Shown: in pieces, positions 13,437-27,377 of the stretch | How positions within the stretch are numbered: position 1 is the stretch's first letter | How the letters are laid out: each line of letters opens with the position of its first letter | Source: Squalus acanthias | Taxonomy: Eukaryota | Length of the DNA: 64,000 bases | Assembly: GCA_030390025.1 (NCBI GenBank) | Contig: CM059432.1 | Coordinates: forward strand, 72,294,001 to 72,358,000 | Reading direction: 5' to 3' | Notes under the pieces: generated by a model | What the model was told of the DNA's origin: nothing | What the model saw: the letters and a program-made list of their open reading frames with translations, nothing else | The model's database searches: none | Translations under genes and position numbers: made by a program

Positions 13437-14811
13437 CAGTAAGCATCTGTCATTGGGAAAATGCTTGAGTCCATCATTAAGGAAGTGGTCGCAGGACATT
13501 TAGAAAATTATAATATAGTCAAGCAGAGTCAGCATGGTTTTATGAAAGGGAAATCATGTTTGACACATTTGCTGGAGTTCTTTGAGGATGTAACGAGCAG
13601 GGTGGATTAAGGGGAACCAGTAGATGTCGTGTATTTGAATTTCCAGAAGGCATTCAATAAGGTGCCACTTAAAAGGTAAGAGCTCACGGGGTTGGGGGTA
13701 ATATATTAGCATAGATAGAGGATTGGCTAACTAACAGAAAACAGAGAGTCGGGATAAATGGGTCATTTTCAGGTTGGCAAACTAATAACTAGTGGGGTGC
13801 CGCAGGGATCAGTGCTGGGGCCTCAACTGTTTACAATCTATATTAATGACTTGGATGAAGGGACTGCGTGTAATGTAGCCAAATTTGCTGATGATACAAA
13901 GATAGGTGGGAAAGCAAATTGTGTGGAGGATGCAAAGAATCTCCAAAGGGATATAGATAGGCTAAGTGAGTGGGCAAAAATCTGGCAGATGGAGTTTAAT
14001 GTGGGAAAATGCAAGGTTATCCACTTTGGTAGGAAAAATAAAAAAGCAAATTATTATTTAAATGGGGAGAAATTACAAAATGCTGAGGTACAGAGGGATC
14101 TGGGGGTCCTTGTACATGAATCACAAAAAGTTAGCATGCAGGTACAGCAAGTAATTAGGAAGGCAAATGGAGTGTTGGCCTTTATTGCAAAGGGAATGGA
14201 GTATAAAAGTAGGGAAGTCCTGTCACAATTGTACAGGGCATTGGTGAGACCACACCTGGAGTACTGCGTACAGTTTTGGTCTCCTTATTTAAGGAAGGAT
14301 ATACTTGCATTGGAGGCAGTTCAGAGAAGGTTCATGAGGTTGATTCCGGAGATGAAGGGGTTGTCTTATAAAGAAAGGTTGAGCAGGTTGGGCCTATACT
14401 CATTGGAGTTTAGAAGAATGAGAGGGGATCTTACTGAAACATGTAAGATTTTGAAGGGGCTTGACAGGGTAGATGCAGAGAGGATGTTTCCTCTCGTGGG
14501 GGAATCTAGAATTAGGGGGCATAATTTCAGAATAAGGGGGCACCCATTTAAATCGGAAATGAGGAGGAATTTCTCCTCAGAGGGTCGTGAATCTTTGGAA
14601 TTCTCTTCCCCAGAGAGCTGTGGAGACTGGGTCATTGAATATATTTAAGGTGGAGATGGACAGATTTTTGAAAGGTAAGGGAGTCGAGGGTTATGGGCAG
14701 CGGGCAGGAAAGTGGAGTTGAGGCCAAGATCAAATCAGCCATGATTTTATTGAATGGCGGAGCAGGCTCGAGGGGCCAAATGACCTACTCCTGCTCCTAC
14801 GGCTTATGTTC
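13437..14811 (+). mobile_element. 5'-truncated CR1 LINE (RT and 3' UTR)
   Basis: GVPQGSVLGP, FADD, RPHLEYCVQFWSP motifs; CR1-type tail CCTACTCCTGCTCCT..TTATGTT. Confidence 0.93.
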
Positions 14812-14819
14812 AGTCCTGG

Positions 14820-15270
14820 ATGCATTCTAAAAAGCCACCCCCTCTTTGACCACATGTATTTCCTTTATTCCAGTCCATCTTGGGATAATCAAAATCACCC
14901 ACTATTGTTGGCCTGTTGTTCTTGCATCTCTCTGTTCTGTCTGTAGATCTTCTCTATATCTCATTTCCACTGTTTATGGCCTGTAATTCAGACTGATAAT
15001 TGTACCATTTCTCTGCCTATTCCTTAACTCTCTCCATATGGATCTGTTTTCGCACAAGCCCCCAGGGCATCCTAACTTCCTATCCCACCACTGCCACCCA
15101 CCACACTTTTTCTCCTCACTATCTCTCCTGAAAATGTAATAACCAGAAATAATTAAGTTCCCAGTCCATCCAGACGATGCTGCATCTTTGTTAGAGCTAC
15201 TATATCATATCATATATTTGTTAATGCTTCTAATTCTCCAATTTTGTTTTACATGCTTTGCACCTTCACA
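14820..15270 (-). mobile_element. Old CR1 endonuclease-region fragment
   Basis: Diverged similarity to 18330-18700 (IVGDFDYP-like and WELNY-like segments). Confidence 0.5.
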
Positions 15271-15950
15271 TATAATACAGTAATGCTAACTCTCTCAAAT
15301 TAATCACGAGAATTTAACCCAACTCGCGATCTCATGATTCAACAGAGAAATCTGATTTGTTTCCCCCTCGGGGAATGTTGTGTGTCTGTCAGTCTGTGTG
15401 TGTGTGGACTGACTGAGCGCCGGTGGCCGGCCCGAAGAGCCAGTTCCACAACCCCAAGTGCCCGGCTCCCACTTCGGATTTGTTCGGCTTTTCTGAACGG
15501 CTCCGGGTGTTTTGCTTGTTTTTCAGTTATCGGGAAGTCCGGGTGAATTCTGCTGTGCTCTGTCACTCCCGGTTTAATTACAATCGGTAGTTATGTGGCG
15601 AAAGGTGTGGAAAATAATTAGCGGCAAGCCAGGTAGCGGGAGCTCGGGACCACTCGGCTCTGTTGGTTGAGAGATTTCACACACACTCGCATTTGGTGGA
15701 GAATTTCATCATTTCGAAATGTGACTGCCTTAAATTATTCTCGTTAGGAAATATCGTCCTTTCTGCATCGACTACATTACGTTTTTAAGAATTACCGATT
15801 GGTTTATTTCCCGGTCTTTATATCAAATATCTGCCTACAGTTAATTCTCTGTCTGACCAACTTGTGTATTTAAGGAAGTTTAGTGTTTTTGCATGTCTTC
15901 ATGGCTGATGTAGGGAAGATGCTTGAACCACACCCAGAATCCAGGCATGG

Positions 15951-18706
15951 AATCATAGAAATTTACAGCACAGAAGGAGGCCATTCGGCCCATCTTGTCC
16001 GTGCTGGCGGACAAAGAGCTATCCACCCTAATCCCACTTTCCAGCACTTGGTCCTGTAGGTTACTGCACTTCAAGTGCATATCCAAGTACTTTTTAAATG
16101 TGATGAGCTTTTCTGCCTCTACCACCCTTTCAGGCAGTGTGTTCCAGACCCCCACCACCCTCTGGGTGAAAAAAGTTCTCCTCAAATCCCGTCGAAACCT
16201 CTGACCAATTACTTTAAATCTATGCCCCCTGGTTATTGACCCTTCTGCTAAGGGAAATAGGTCCTTCCTATCCACTCTATCTAGGCCCCTCATAATTTTA
16301 TACACCTCAATTAGGTCTCCCTCAGCCTCCTGCTCCAAAGAAAACAACCCCAGCCTATCCAATTTTTCCTCATAGCTAAAATTCCCCAGCCCAGGCAACA
16401 TCCTCGTAAATCTTCTCTGCACCTCCTCTAGTGCAATCACATCCTTCCTGTAATGTGGTGACCAGAACTGCACGCAGTATTCTAGCTGTGGCCTAACTAG
16501 TGTTTTATACAGTTCAAGCATAACCTCCCTGCTCTTATATTCTATGCCTCGGCTAATAAAGGCAAGTATTCCGTATACCGCCTTAACCACCTTATCTACC
16601 TGTCCTGCTACCTTCAGGGATCTGTGGACATGCACTCCAAGGTCCCTCTGATCTTTTGCACTTCTCAGTGTCATACTATTTATAATGTATTTTCTTGCCT
16701 TGTTAGCCCTCCCCAAAAGCATTGCCTCACACTTCTCCAGATTGAATTCCATTTGCCATTGTTCTGCCCACCTGACCAGTCCATTGATATCTTCCTATAG
16801 TCTGCAGCTTTCTTCTTCATTATCAACCGCATGGCCAATTTTTGTATCATCTGCAAACGTCTTAATCATACTTCCTACATTCAAGTCCAAATCATTGATA
16901 TATACCACAAAAAGCAAAGGATCCAGTACTGAGCTCTGCGGAACCCCACTGGAAACAGCCTTTCAGTCATAAAAACACCCTTCAACCATTACCCTTTGTT
17001 TTCAACTTGCCACTTTGCTTTGGATCCCATGGGCTTTTACTTTCGTGAAACAGTCTGCCATGCAGGACCTTATCAAAAGCCTTGCTAAAATCCATATAGA
17101 CTACATCAAATGCACTACCCTCATTGACTCTCCTTGTCACCTCCTCAAAAAATTCAATCAAGTTAGTCAGACACGACCTTCCCTTAACAAATCCATGCTG
17201 ACTGTCCCTGATTAATCCGTGTCTTTCTAAATGAAGATTTATCCTGTCCCTCAGAATTTTTTCCAATAATTTTCCCACCACCGAGGTTAGGCTGACTGGC
17301 CTGTAATTACTCGGTCTATCCCTTTCTCCCTTTTTAAACAACAGTAACAGGTTAGCAGTCCTCTGGAACCACACCTGTAGCCAGAGAGGATTGGAAAATG
17401 ATGGTCAGAGCCTCTGCTATTTCCTCTCTTGCTTCTCTTAACAGTCTGGGAAACATTTCATCTGGGCCTGGGGATTTATCCACTTTCAAAGATGCTAAAC
17501 CCCTTAATACTTCCTCTTTCACTATGTTTATTTCATCTAATATTTCACACTCCTCCTCCCTGATTGCAATGTCTGCATTGTCCCTCTCTTTTGTGAAAAC
17601 AGACGCAAAGTATTCATTAAGAACCATACCCATGTCTTCCGCTTCCACACACAGGTTGCCATTATGGTCCCTAATAGGCCCTACTCTTACTTTAGTTATC
17701 CTGTTGCTCTTAACGTATTTATAAAACATCTTTGTCTTTTCCTTGATTTTACTTGCCAATATTTTTTCATGCCCTCTCTTTGCTTTCCTAATTTCCTTTT
17801 TAATTTCACCCCTGCACTTTCTATACTCCCCTCGGCTTTCTGCAGTATTGAGCCCTCGGTATCTGTCATAAGCTTCCCTTTTTTTCTTTATCCTACCCTG
17901 TATGCCCCTTGACATCCAGGGAGCTCTAGATTTGTTAGTCCCACCCTTTTCCTTTAAGGGAACATACTTGCTCTGAACCCTCACTATCTCCTCCTTGAAT
18001 GCCTCCCACTGCCCTGACACTGATTTACCTTCAAGTTTCTGTCTCCAGTCCACTTTGGCTAAAGCACCTCTCAGCTTAGTAAAATTAGCTTTTCCCCAAT
18101 TGAGAACTTTTATTCCTGGTCTATCCTTTTCCTTTTCCATAACTACCCTAAATCTAACTGAATTAGGATCACTACCACCAATATGCTCTCGCACTGATAC
18201 CCTTTCTACCTGCCCAGCTTCATTCCCTAAAACTAGGTCCAGAACCTCTTGTTGGGCTTGCTACGTACTGGCTAAAAAAGAATTCTGCACCCTCTATGCC
18301 TTTCACACTAATTTTATCCCAGTTAATATTAGGGAAGTTGAAATCCCCTACTATTACTGCCCTCTTTTTGCACGTCTCAAAGTTGCCTACATATTTGCTC
18401 TTCTATCTCCCTCTGACTGTTTAGGGGTCTATAGTACACTCCCAGCAGTGTGATTGCCCCTTTTTTAATTTTCAGTTCAACCCATATGGCCTCATTGGAT
18501 GATCTTTCTAAGATATCCTCTCTCCTCACAGCTGTAATTGTTTCTTTAATTAATATTGCGACCTCCCCTCCTTTTTTATCCCCCTTTCTATCTCGTCCGA
18601 AAACCCTGTAACCAGGAATGTTGAGCTGCCATTCCTGCCCTCTTTCAGCCATGTCTCAGTAATAGCTCTAATATCATACTCCCACGTGTCTATCTGTGCC
18701 CTCAGC
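15951..18706 (-). mobile_element. CR1 LINE, most of ORF2 (APE endonuclease and RT), frameshifted
   Basis: ORF pieces with YYRP, KSPGPD, NYRPVSLTS, DFSKAFDKV, RPQLEYCVQFWSP; 3' tail near 15951. Confidence 0.93.
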
Positions 18707-20513
18707 AATAGAAGTTAGAAAAAGTGATTGTTATTTAGCTGTTACAGAACAGATTAAAAAGCAAAACATGGGGAAAATGTAAACGCGCACCACACAGCCT
18801 GCATATGAAAATGAGTTAGTAGTGAGCCTTCATCAGAACCGCTTCACTTTAAATCGCAATTCAAATCCACCCCCGATCGCGATCTCTCTGGCGAGAAGTT
18901 TGCCTTTTTCGGCGTGTAATTGATTGCAGCGCTCTGTAGTGGGAATCCCTAGTGCGATCTGCTGTGACCTCAACAGATGAGTCCATAAATACATTTTGAA
19001 TTTTCAAAAGTTAGTGCGTGAAAGGAAACAAGCAATTCAAGCAAAATTACGGTTTATATCACATTAAAACAATTATATAATGATGTCTCGATTTAATATA
19101 AACATGAGTGAGATATGTGAGGTAAACAAAGCATCTAAGAATGCTGCTAGCATACATGTTTTGGTCTTGAAATATTAGATATCTAAACATATTTATAATC
19201 TTATCTGTTAATCTCATATTTTAGACTTATTAGTGAGACGTGGCCAAAACTGGCCTATATGCTTTATCTATATATTTAAAAAAACGTGGTGGGCTGCTTT
19301 CTCACAGCACTTCAATTCAAATCATGCAAATGAAAGAGCGTGGAGTCTGTTTCGAGGGCTGAAAACATTATCATGAGTGAGATGATGCGAGTGATAACTG
19401 CCACTCATTCAGAGATAAAAGGAGACACTCTGAACATCGGGAATGTGAATCACAAATGGTAGAAATACATAACTATAATAACTGGGAGCTCACCACGTTA
19501 GACTTTTTCAGGAATTCCTTGGCAGCTTTGTCGAACTTATTCTGCAGCTTTGGAGCACGTGGTCTGAAGTGCTCAGCAAATACTGAGCATGCGCAGCAAA
19601 AGTGATTTTGTAGCAGATGCGGAGGATCTGCCCAAGCGAAACTTGACATCGGAGGTTCCGGGTTTTCGCGCATGCAAAAACCCAGAACTTGCGGGGGCAT
19701 TCAGAAGGCATCGTAAAATCCGGGCCATTATGTTAGATCCTTCTCCATTCTCTATTTATCTTCTGCACAAGGACATTGGTGTGTTTCAGTCCAGGTAAAA
19801 CATAACATTTGAGACTCCTGCTCATGACTGTAAAAAACACACTCTATTCCCCCAACTGTAGAATCCACCTCTGCTACCACTCTCCTATTGTAGTCCAACT
19901 GCCTCCCACCCCTAGAGTCTCTGACTCCACGGTGCTGCACTATTCTCCAGAACCACCCTCTTCTGAGTTGCTGTCGCTGTCGTACTCGTATTTCTCCAAC
20001 ATTATTTACCTGTTGGACAGTTCCAGTAACTCGGGGGTTACCTGCACTTATGAATTGTGTCTGCATCTGCTGCCTCTGCTGATGGTCACCCGTTTCTCTC
20101 TATACGCTATTCCTGTGCCCTGAACCATTTACCACTGTCTCTTGGGGGGCCATCTGCTGGAGTATATGATCCAGAAACCTACTCATCTGATGCTGCAGAG
20201 TGGCCAATTACTCTTCAACACCGAGATCCTCTGCTCCAGGGACTCAATTTTCCAACACTTACTGCAAATATGCTGCCCCTCGATACACTAAGGATCCATG
20301 ATGGTCCATATATCACACTCCACACACATCATAAAAGTTCCCCACATTGCTATCCCTTTGTATCTAGCGTAAAAAATTTAGCCAGTGTTGGCCTGAACTC
20401 CCACTAGCACCAAACTCTCGCCAGAATGAAACTCTCCTTATTCACTTCGCACAAGTATTACTAATAGGGAAAAACAAATTCCTATCCAATGGTACCTCCA
20501 GGTTGAACTCTAC

Positions 20514-21334
20514 GGGCTGGATTTTCTCAATGGAGACGTGCTGGAGGCAGGACTTCTGGTTTCTGGGTTTCAGTCCCGCCCCCAGCGACGTCTGACCAAC
20601 CCACACTATTTTTCCTTGATTGGCCTTGTTAAGCCCCGCTCTGCGGGCTTACCAGCCAATTAAGGGAAAGCCGGTGATAGATGACGTCAGCATATGACGC
20701 TTCATCTGTCTCACATTTTTTGACAGGTGAATTGTCAGCGTTTGACAGCTTTGAGAAACTGTCAAACACTGACGATCTCTGTTCTAAGGTGAGCCCTTGC
20801 ACGCAGGCTCACCAAGACCTCTCTCCTCAGCAGAAAGCAGATGGCTGCTGCATCTAAGAATGCAGCAGCCATTCTGTCATCTCTGCCATTGAGATGAGGC
20901 ACCTCCGGATCCTCAAAGGTTGAAGCCTGCAGAAAGAAACTTTTTCCAACACTTTACACTCACCTCTCATACTTAGCTGTCCACACTTGCACCCATCACT
21001 CACCTATATAGCTGACATTTCGATCCCTCTCACCCCCATAGATCCACTGCTTGCCTCGCTGAGCCTGACGAGGTTCACAGCCATCGGGAAGCCCGCAATT
21101 GCAGGCGTAAAATGGGGAAAAACCTCAAAACTACCTGTTAACAAGCAGTTCATTGGCTCTAATCCCCTTCCTGCCTCGAGGAGATGGGTCCCTGCGTGAC
21201 TCTGGGACTCGCCTCCCGGGAAGATGGCATGGCGGCGGGTTGGGAGTGGGGTCGGTACCCGCTCCCAGTTTCTGCCATTTTCCCAGCAGTTCCTCCTCCA
21301 TACCTGCCTCCCCAGGGCTGGGAAAATTTCCCCC
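20514..21334. mobile_element. Harbinger-type MITE, 821 bp, TSD TAC
   Basis: Ends GGGCTGGATTTTC / GAAAATTTCCCCC flanked on both sides by TAC; a second copy lies inverted at 41979-42721. Confidence 0.88.
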
Positions 21335-23019
21335 TACTTTCTTGTGGCCTTTCATTCACTCTCAGCCCCCCTCTTGCATATATTTTCTGCCTGGGAATGA
21401 TTCCATAGTTTCTAGTTGAACATGCTCACACTAGATCCTCTGGGTTTTTTTTAGACTAGCATTATCTCATTTATTTTTAAATGGGGTAATGCCTGTATTA
21501 AAGCACACATGGAGTTTAAGTACAAGTGGTTTAAGCATTTGCACAGGAACTGTTCAGATTGGAAATCATACCCATGTGGTTCCATGTCCAGCTGCTTTTA
21601 CATTGCGCATAACTTAAGCTATTGCTACCAACAAGTGCCGGTATCATGCTGCTGATTGCAAGCTGAATGTTAAACTGGTTGGACTCACTTGAAACAGGGC
21701 TTCTGGGCAGCAGGCTTGAGACCCCTGCTTCAGGACCCAATGATGCTGGTGCAGGTGCTGAGCAACGTAAAAATAGATTCAGACTGGGAATCAAATCTAG
21801 GACCATGCAGTGCATTCATCTACTAAGCTCGGGGGTGGGTCTAGAAAAACCTTTGAATTAATTTTCTTGTCAATGGGATATTTACAGTTCTAGGTGGAAT
21901 CACACTGTAGACATAAACAAACCACTCCAGCCAAACAATGATTTGTTTCCTGGCATTATGTTGACTTAAAGAAACTTGTATGTATACTTGTATTTGATGG
22001 ATGAGTAAAATAAAAACATGGTTTCATCAATACTTTTGGGTAACTATCTTGCGATTCACCATTTTTCATTTGTCAAGAATGCCACTGTGATGAACTGGAA
22101 AAGAAACTGCTCCTTTGTAGCCATTACATATCTTACCTCAAAACTGATGTGCTTGACTTTGAGAGTAGGTTGCCTAGATATGCCTTTAGCTGTTGTCTGG
22201 TGCATCTTAAAAAGAAACAAATCAATTTGACTCAGGCTGCACTTTACATCTAACACAGGAAATGGTCTCATTTTGTTGAAATAATTTTCATTAAAGCTGT
22301 TTGGATTGCTGTCAAAATCTAAAACCAGTTACACATCTGTTTTAATTTATTTTGTTAATGTTTTAAGTAATGCAATAATATGCATAAATTTTGTGTTTAG
22401 TCTTTCAATCACTGGGAAGCATTCAATTTTTTTTTTAAGTAACCAAATATCTGTTGTAGAGTGGAACTAGTTTTAGAAAATACTGTCCGAATGATTGCAA
22501 GACAATGTGTGATCGATCTCTTTTCCCTTTTCTCTCACTTGTATTAACCTTGGTACGTGGGGTGAGTGTTTCATTGAAAGCTTTTAGTGTAATCTTGCCC
22601 CATGGGCAAAGCCATTATACTGCCTGTAGTAGCAGTTATGCCTGTAGGTGGTGCTGTGATAGAATTTTTCAATGTCAAGGGTGTCACATCTCGTTGGCCA
22701 CACACTTGCCAACTCTGGCATCCTACACAGCAGCAGTAATTGTACTGGTAATGTTTAACACAGTACTTTATTCTCTACAATGAAAAGCTACAGTAAAATC
22801 AAATAATCTTAGTTCATTCATCTACATCAGCAAACACTGATAAGAATTTCTCAACTTGATAGGAGGGAAGACTTTCCTTTCCAGCCACCACTCCACCCCA
22901 CCTCCAAACATTTAACTCACCTTAAACCACTCAGATGAAAATCTGAACTGCCATGCCGTGCTGAATTAATTTCCCTGACTTTGTTCCCTTTGTTCTCTCC
23001 TCTGATCCAGAACCCATTC

Positions 23020-23370
23020 CTCTACCCCATCCTTCCCCTTCTCCTCTTCCCTATCCCTTCCCCCCTCTCTTCTTCCTCCTCTCCTCTCCCCTTCCTCTCA
23101 TAACACGTTCTCCTAAATACAGCTTTTGTCCCTTCCTCTTCGTCCACTTCACTTTCCTTCTTCCCCTTCTCCCCCTCATTTCTCCCTTTTCACCTCCCTC
23201 TCTCTTCCTCTCTCCCCTTTCCTCTTTCTACGTCCCACCCTTACCCTTTCAAATTCCTCTCTTCTCCCATTCCCCTCCCTTTTATCAAACACCCTCCCCT
23301 CCTCTCAACCCCCTCCTCATCCTTACACTCTCCCCTCCCTTTCCCTCTTCCCCCTCATCCCTGCCTGGGT
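23020..23370. repeat. Polypyrimidine (CT-rich) low-complexity tract
   Basis: About 350 bp of mostly C and T on the + strand. Confidence 0.85.
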
Positions 23371-23566
23371 CCAATTCTGCACTTGCCCTCTAACACTGCA
23401 TGTCCTAAATACAGCTTTTGGTCTCGGCTCCCCTTGGCTCCCCAGGAGATAAACTAGTTACGTATTAAATTCAGTATGTGGGACAAATATTTGATTGAAA
23501 AGCATTTAAAGGTACCTGGAGTACCCATTCCTCCTATAAGTGGTGCTCTAATAGGTATTTTCAATG

Positions 23567-24295
23567 TTTTTTTTATTCATTCATGGGTTGTGGGTGTTGC
23601 TGGTAATGCAAGCATTTATTGCCCATTCCTAATTGCGCTTGAGCAGGTGGTGGTGAGCTGCCTTCTTGAACTGCTGCAGTCCATGTGGTGAAGGTACTCC
23701 CACAGTGATGTTAGGGAGGGAGTTCCAGGATTTTGACCCAGTGACGATGAAGGAACAGCAATATATTTCCAAGTCAGGATGGGGTGTGACTTGGAGAGGA
23801 ACCATGATGGTGTTCCCATGCGTCTGCTGCCCTTCTTCTCGGCGGTAGAGGTCGCAGGTTTGGGAGGTGCTGTCGAAGAAGCCTTGGCGAGTTGCTGCAG
23901 TGCATCTTGTAGATGGTATACACTGCAGCCACGGTGCGCCAGTGTTGGAGGAAGTGAATGTTTAAGGTGGTGAATGGGGCGCCAATCAAGCGGGCTGCTT
24001 TGTCCTGGATGGTGTCGAGGTTCTTGTGTTGTTGGAGCGGCACTCATCCAGGCAAGTGGAGAGTTTCCCATCACATTCATGACTTGTGCCTTGTAGATGG
24101 TGGAAAGGCTTTGGGGAGTCATGAGGTGAGTCACTCGATGCAGAACACCCAGCCTCTGACCTGCTCTTGGAGCCACAGTATTTATGTGGCTGGTCCAGTT
24201 AAGTTTCTGGTCAATGGTGACCCCCAGGATGTTGATGATGGGGGTTCGGTGATGGTAATGCTGTTGAATGTCAAGGGGAGGTGGCTCGACTCTCG
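23567..24295 (-). mobile_element. 3' fragment of LINE family 2 (CR1/L2-group)
   Basis: ILGVTIDQKLNWTSHI..LSTIYKAQV; same 3' tail as 51920-52590. Confidence 0.88.
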
Positions 24296-24870
24296 CTTGC
24301 ATGCAATAGCTTCTATTTTATAGTGAGAGTATATTACCCTGACATTAAACAATCTGGGCACCAGGTTCCCACAAATCACTTCAAATGCTTTCTGATTATT
24401 CTTTTCATCTGCCACTTTTTTCTTTTGGTAACTGAAATTTCTACTGTCAAAAATAAAGATTTAAACAAAATAAGAAAAGTAATTCTAGAACTTATATATT
24501 TCACAATAACATGATTAAATTTACCCATTGAATTGTCAATACTGTCTGTTAATGTCTTCATTGAAGTTTTTATTTGAAGGTCACAGCCTCTTCCAAAAAC
24601 CTGGGGCTGGATTTTCCGATTGGAGGCGGGTTGGCATCGGCAATGTTAGTCAGCGGGTTCTGGTCCCACTCCCGGCTCCAGCCGGTCTGCTGACACAATT
24701 TTCTGTTAATTTGGCTAGTTAAGCCCGCCGTGCGCATTACCCGCCATGATCACAAGGTGCGGGTCTGCTGAGCTCTGCTGACGCGTTTATAGCCGGTGTA
24801 TTTAAGGGGGCCATTTCACAATTACATCTCACGTCGTTTCTGATGCTCCTGCTTGCTCGTGCTCTCCACA

Positions 24871-26740
24871 ATGTCTACAGAGACACAAAAGGCTGCTCCC
24901 TGCTTCAACGATGACTCCCTCCATGTTCTTGTGGAGGGAGTCAGAGGACGGCGGGAGGTCCTATACCCAGGTGATGGAAGAAGGAAACCTCCTCAGCAGA
25001 CAAAGGCAGCCTGGCTGCGAATATCTGAGGAGGTCAGTGCCAGGTTTTTGTACAGACGCACCTGGGTCCAATGCAGGAAAAGATTCAATGATCTCCTGCG
25101 TTCTGGAAAAGTGAGTATAAAAGCACACTTACCTTAATTCTGCTGTGCCTGTCATCACATCCCCATCACTCTGCATTGCTAACCCTACTCCTAAACATTC
25201 TAACTCACCCCAACATCCCTTGCATCATCACCCATCCCTCTCTCCCTATGTACAGAATCACATCCCCCTCTTACTATGCACCCCTCACACCCACCCTCAA
25301 GGTGATGCAATGACAACAACTAACTCAAAAGGAGGAAACTTGGTAATGGGAACCCGCTCCATCACAGTCTCCCTCTAAACATCTATCCTATCTGCTCTTT
25401 ACACTCATTCCATCACTCTCACTGAGACTCCACATCTTTCCCTCATTGCTTGAAAAGAGAGGCCATGATGAGAGGGAGAGAACAGGAGGAGGACCACCAT
25501 CGTTCTCACAGCTCACCCATGCTGAGGAGGTGACTCTCGACATTGCGGGAACAGTTGAAGAGTTTGAAGTGGGGGACGGAGAGAGGGGCTCAGTAGAACA
25601 ACCTGGTGACAGAATAATTCTCCATTATCTTATTTGGCATTCATGAGTGACTCATGGGATCTGATGTCAATAGAAATTGAATGCTCATCATGTGCACAAT
25701 GGGATGTGTCTGCAATCTACATATCACATGTCTAACTCATCTTTACTCTCCCACAGGACCATCAAGAGCCCCCTCCCTACTGTACAGGAGGAAGAGCAGG
25801 AGGACTCCTCAGAGGATGCTGCATCCTCTGAGGGAGCAGCGCCAGCAGAAATGAGCGCACCCAGCACCAGCTCAGAGACGCACACCTCGGTGGGTCGTAT
25901 GCGAGATAGAGTAGTGTTGTCACCTGGTATATCACAACTCATGAGTGAGCAAGAGCAGATGGCGGAGACAGGGACAGCAGAGGAGAGTCCTTGTCAGAGG
26001 CCACAGGATGCTCCTAGCTCTGCTCAGCTGCTGAGCCTTGGGGGGGGCATCCAGAAAAAGAGCAGTGCTGGAACTTCAGGAACAAGTGCAGGAGGCTCTG
26101 ACTGGGTTTGCAACCACGGTGACTGCGAGTGTGCAGAGAATGGAGGAGTCCATCACAAACATGAGCAATGCCATGGTGCATGCAATGGTACCGCCATGGA
26201 AAGGATGGCAACCTCCATGGAGGACATAAATCGCCAGACTCAAAACAACATGGTAACACTTCTAAATAGATGGTCAGCTATGGAGGATAGATGGGCATTT
26301 ATCGTTGAGAGGAACCAGAGGTTCATGGACGTCCCCGTTATGAGGAATGTCAGTACAGAGATGGGTCCTCATGGCCCCACTGATGTGCAGCAAGGTGCTC
26401 TCCAGCTACTTGCTAGCAGAGAAGTGTGGGTGGCCCATGGGAGGGGACATGCAAGTGGGGGCTCCTCTCCAAGCGCTCAAACTTCCATCCCCTTGCCAAC
26501 CCCTCGGTCAGAGCCCCAGATGACTCCCCGAGCAGTGATGGCCGAGTCTGCCACTGTGCAGCCGCAGGAGGAGCAGACTTTGGCGGGGCCCTCACAGGCT
26601 CCAAAACCCAGAGGACGACCACCAAAGGGGTCTAAGTAGGCACAGCAGGGAAGTGAGCAGGCTGTCTCTACATCTGCTGAAGCCATAGGGGTAGCACCAC
26701 GTAGAAGCACACGTAAGAGAAAGCTGCCACATAAATAAAC
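24871..26740 (+). pseudogene. Harbinger Myb/SANT gene, exons 24871-25110, 25452-25605, 25757 to about 26740
   Basis: MSTETQKAAPCFNDDSL..WLRISEEVS..RTWVQCRKRFNDL; donors GTGAGT (25111) and GTGAC (25606); exon 2 acceptor mutated (CAG to CTT relative to the copy at 1414); frameshifts in exon 3; AATAAA near 26734. Confidence 0.82.
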
Positions 26741-27377
26741 ACAAGGGTACTCACTTGGGTGTTCTGCTAGAAATCAATGTTAAATTTCTGTTCTTTTATT
26801 CTGTTGGAATAAATTAACGTTGTATGAATGTTTGACATTGTTGCCATATGTGCCCGGCGCAAATTATCGCCGGCGACCATGCAGAGTTGGTGCAGTCTGC
26901 AGCCGAGCCCTCCAGGCCCAGAGCTGGTCAAGGGCATCCTTCAAGGCCGTCTGCAGTCTCTGGGTCTGACATTCAGCAGCCTTCCACCAGCCACTGGGGC
27001 CACATTACGGAGGAGCAGTAGGGTTGGAAGGGGGAAAGTGCGAAGGGGAGGGAGATCATTCTCGAAGGGCGAATAACTAAAAATTCATTAACAAATGCGG
27101 GGTATGTTTGTCCCAAAGTTGGATGTTTATGTAAATATATTGTTCACTCTGTTAAGACTTATCTCGATGTGGTAAGAACCAGTTTTGTTTGTTAATGAAT
27201 TGTTGTGTTTGTGATCGGTTGTGCTTAATAAAACACAGTTGGTCAGAAAAATATTTTTTTTTATTTAAACGTTACAAATTTGCTCAGGTTACTCATTGTA
27301 GCTTTACCCGGTAATAGGGGCTGCGGGATGGCTGTAATGATGTACTTGTTGATCCCAAATGCCATCTTCTCTGTCAT

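Noticed and set aside
23126..23452. Pro/Ser/Leu-rich ORF
   Set aside because: Artefact of the CT-rich low-complexity tract.
24853..25137. Host MSANTD/NAIF1-type gene
   Set aside because: Inside a Harbinger element with a broken acceptor and frameshifts.
25677..26639. Stand-alone 320-aa gene
   Set aside because: It is intron plus frameshifted exon 3 of the Harbinger Myb gene.
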